Below, piece by piece: positions 61,491 to 64,000 of a DNA stretch of 64,000 nt. Position 1 is the first letter of the stretch; each line of letters starts with the position of its first letter. A program made the position numbers and the translations under genes. The notes below the pieces were generated by a model that was not told where the DNA came from, did no database searches, and worked only from the letters and a program-made list of their open reading frames with translations. This stretch comes from Phoronis australis (taxonomy: Eukaryota > Animalia > Phoronida), in assembly GCA_002633005.1 (NCBI GenBank), contig NMRA01000533.1:1-64000 (forward strand), written 5' to 3'.

Positions 61491-62487
61491 AGCCTCGAAA
61501 AATACGGCCGATGACAAAAAATAGAACACATTGAATCTAAATAGGGTGCTGGTGCGCTACCTGAGACCAAGGCTGTGCCGACACGAGCGTGACGGTCTAT
61601 AACGAAGCAGGGGAGACTGAGTTTGCGCGAACAATGCATTTTTTATAATATATTATAATTTGATGGTTCGCAGAACTGCAGGTATTTAGACAGTTTGCCT
61701 TTTTGTGAGACGCCTTGCATTAACATTTTTTGGAACACGAGCAATTTGTAAATCTAAGAATAAACTTATCTCGTAAATCATCATGCATATTGCAATAAAA
61801 TGGAACCCGTCCTCAATTACAGAAATTCCAAACAAATCAAATAGTTTCTTAATTCTTTATCAATTTTACCCCTTCCTGCTTCAATTTCTAAACAATGATT
61901 GGAACATTTAATTTTAATAATGAATTTTCCAAGATTTCCGCAATACAGACATTTTGAAAAACATCGGCATAGTAAGTTACTTCACCATTACAATCGACTT
62001 TAGTTTTACATTCTTGGAAACCCAATCCTTTACCTTTTGTTTAAATTCAAAAAGAAAAATTGCTTTATCTCCTTCCCCTTGCTGAGCCCAAAGATAGCCA
62101 AATCTATATTTACACAAAAATTGTGTAATACGGAGTGGTCAAAGTAGTTTTCTATGGAACGCCACTAGCGTCACCTTGTGACGGGTCTTTTCTGACACGT
62201 GACAAGTCATTTTTGACACGCTGACGCGTCATTGCTGCTGTCGAACTCGTGTGGATGTTCTTAAATTAACCAATAAGTGTTAAGGTTTTACAGTGTGTTG
62301 ACTAAACCAATGAGATCGTCATGTTTTGAGGTGACTGACAAGAATAAGGGCTGTCAATCATATATCGACTTGGTATTCCAAGAGACAAAAACAGGAGTTA
62401 CTGAACACCGAAGTGCCCCGGAAATATGTATTGGATGACTTCAAGGAATTTGTACGATCAGCAAGTACAGCACACATCACGAATTTT

Positions 62488-62675
62488 TGTCCGACCGGTC
62501 GGAAAATGGTCGACGACCGGCCGTCGACCGGTCGTCTAGCCGACCAGCAGCCGACCAACAACGGTCGGCTACTAGGAGCCGTCTGCTGAGTCGCCTCTGT
62601 GGTCGGCACTTGGGTCGGCTAAGTGGTCGCCTAGCGTAGACGACCAAAACGGATTAAGCGTGTCCTTGGTCGGCA
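62488..62675. repeat. GC-rich cluster of CCGACC/GGTCGG motifs in both orientations (probably subterminal repeats of a DNA transposon)
   Basis: Multiple ccgacc, ggtcgg and gtcgac motifs seen directly. Confidence 0.5.
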
Positions 62676-64000
62676 ATTACCATTTTATGACTTAGCGATG
62701 AACTTTGGCCAAACAAAGATTTAACTGTTCGCTGTTCGTTCACTAGTGGCAACTCCGGTCTTGACATCGATTTATCAACTTTAGTTCAACCATTGAAGGG
62801 AGGTAAAATCGAATCAACCTACAAATACGAAGTGTGTGACATTGCACCAGCCTAAAACTTTATGTTGAATTAATGGCGGGGTGATAAAATCAAACGTCAA
62901 GTCAGTGATATCGCGGAAGCATAATTTCTAACTTTGGATACGAGACTTTTTATATAGTACATTATGCATAAAAACAAGCACGAAGTTTAAAATTTTACAG
63001 TAAAATTGCATAAAAATCTGAATACAACGCTGGATGTTTTACAACCTCAAGTGTTTTCACAACGCGGAATGCTCAACAAACACCACGCATTTGCGCTCAT
63101 CCGTTATTGCTCTTGATCATCACTTCATCAAGCTGTATATTGCGCTTTACCACAGATAATTATTGTTTATGTCTGTATAATTTCTTAATATTCTGTTACA
63201 GCAATAGAAAACAAGTTTATTTTAGGAACAACATAAACAATGGTTTGAACATACATGTAACGCCGATGTTAAGATCATGGGCGCATGAAAACGGTAGAAC
63301 GTGATCGGTCTATAGTGTCATCCATCATCCATCATCATTCTGAATTTGTTGTCGCTTTCGCAGTAAAAATCGTTCCGAAGCTAGAGTCTTCCTATCTAGC
63401 CAGTTAGCTGAATGAAGACTATTTTCAAAATACAGCAAGGTGCCAGTGTATTGAGCTCAAACAGACCTCGAAATTTCACACTCAGCCCGGATAGATACGC
63501 TCGTGACCTCGAAGCTTCTATTAACATAAGCTAAAGACCGGCGGGGGTACATGAAAAATCTCGAAGTCAATTGACATTCAACTTGCCCGTTACGGCCGTT
63601 TAAGCGAAAAACATCCAATGTCATCTTCTTGCGTAATTGTCTGCCTTTTGTAACGAAAAAAGCGTATGTCGTCGTTTTGAAAAATGTTCATTCGGGACAC
63701 GCGCCACTTCCAAATATGTTTTCGACATCTCCCATAATATGATGACAACATCTCAGCAAAATTTGTTCTAAAATTCGGTTTACTGATATCAAAATTCCAA
63801 AAACATATAATGAAGTGAAAACAATTCTGATCATTTGTTGAGACGTTTACGCAATCTCGAGGGAGAACGTTTGATTGAAGAATCTGGGAAAAAGAAACTG
63901 ACTAATAGGTGACGCAATATTTCATTGCGTCGAAAGTCGACACAAAAGATCACACCATGACTTTAGCATCAGAATAATTGTAGAAAACCAATTTTTGCAA

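Overview
Intron-rich, AT-rich eukaryotic DNA, most likely a marine invertebrate bilaterian; the species cannot be told from sequence. It is not prokaryotic, and most entries in the ORF track are spurious. Three host genes, all on +: (1) the 3' ten coding exons of a ZER1-type CUL2 N-degron receptor (1028-14220); (2) a complete 10-exon, 462-aa Cys-loop/nicotinic-receptor-like subunit (23829-36586) that lacks the vicinal Cys and loop-A Tyr and has Val at M2 9' and Phe at 13'; (3) a single-exon LRR-LRRCT-Ig-TM receptor (48975-51779) ending in a PDZ-binding motif. The most notable mobile system is a Kolobok-like DNA transposon family (TTAA TSD, ~158-bp TIRs). It has a THAP transposase remnant converging on a Cys-rich KolX/P2X7-ballast-like gene. 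Two deleted copies lie in the same orientation <1 kb upstream of the receptor gene and of the LRR-Ig gene, and an older relative sits at ~20.1-20.5 kb. Also present: degenerate Tx1/L1 and CR1/L2-type LINEs, a candidate solo LTR, several MITE/hairpin families, minisatellites and two assembly gaps. All calls come from reading the sequence by eye; no searches were run.
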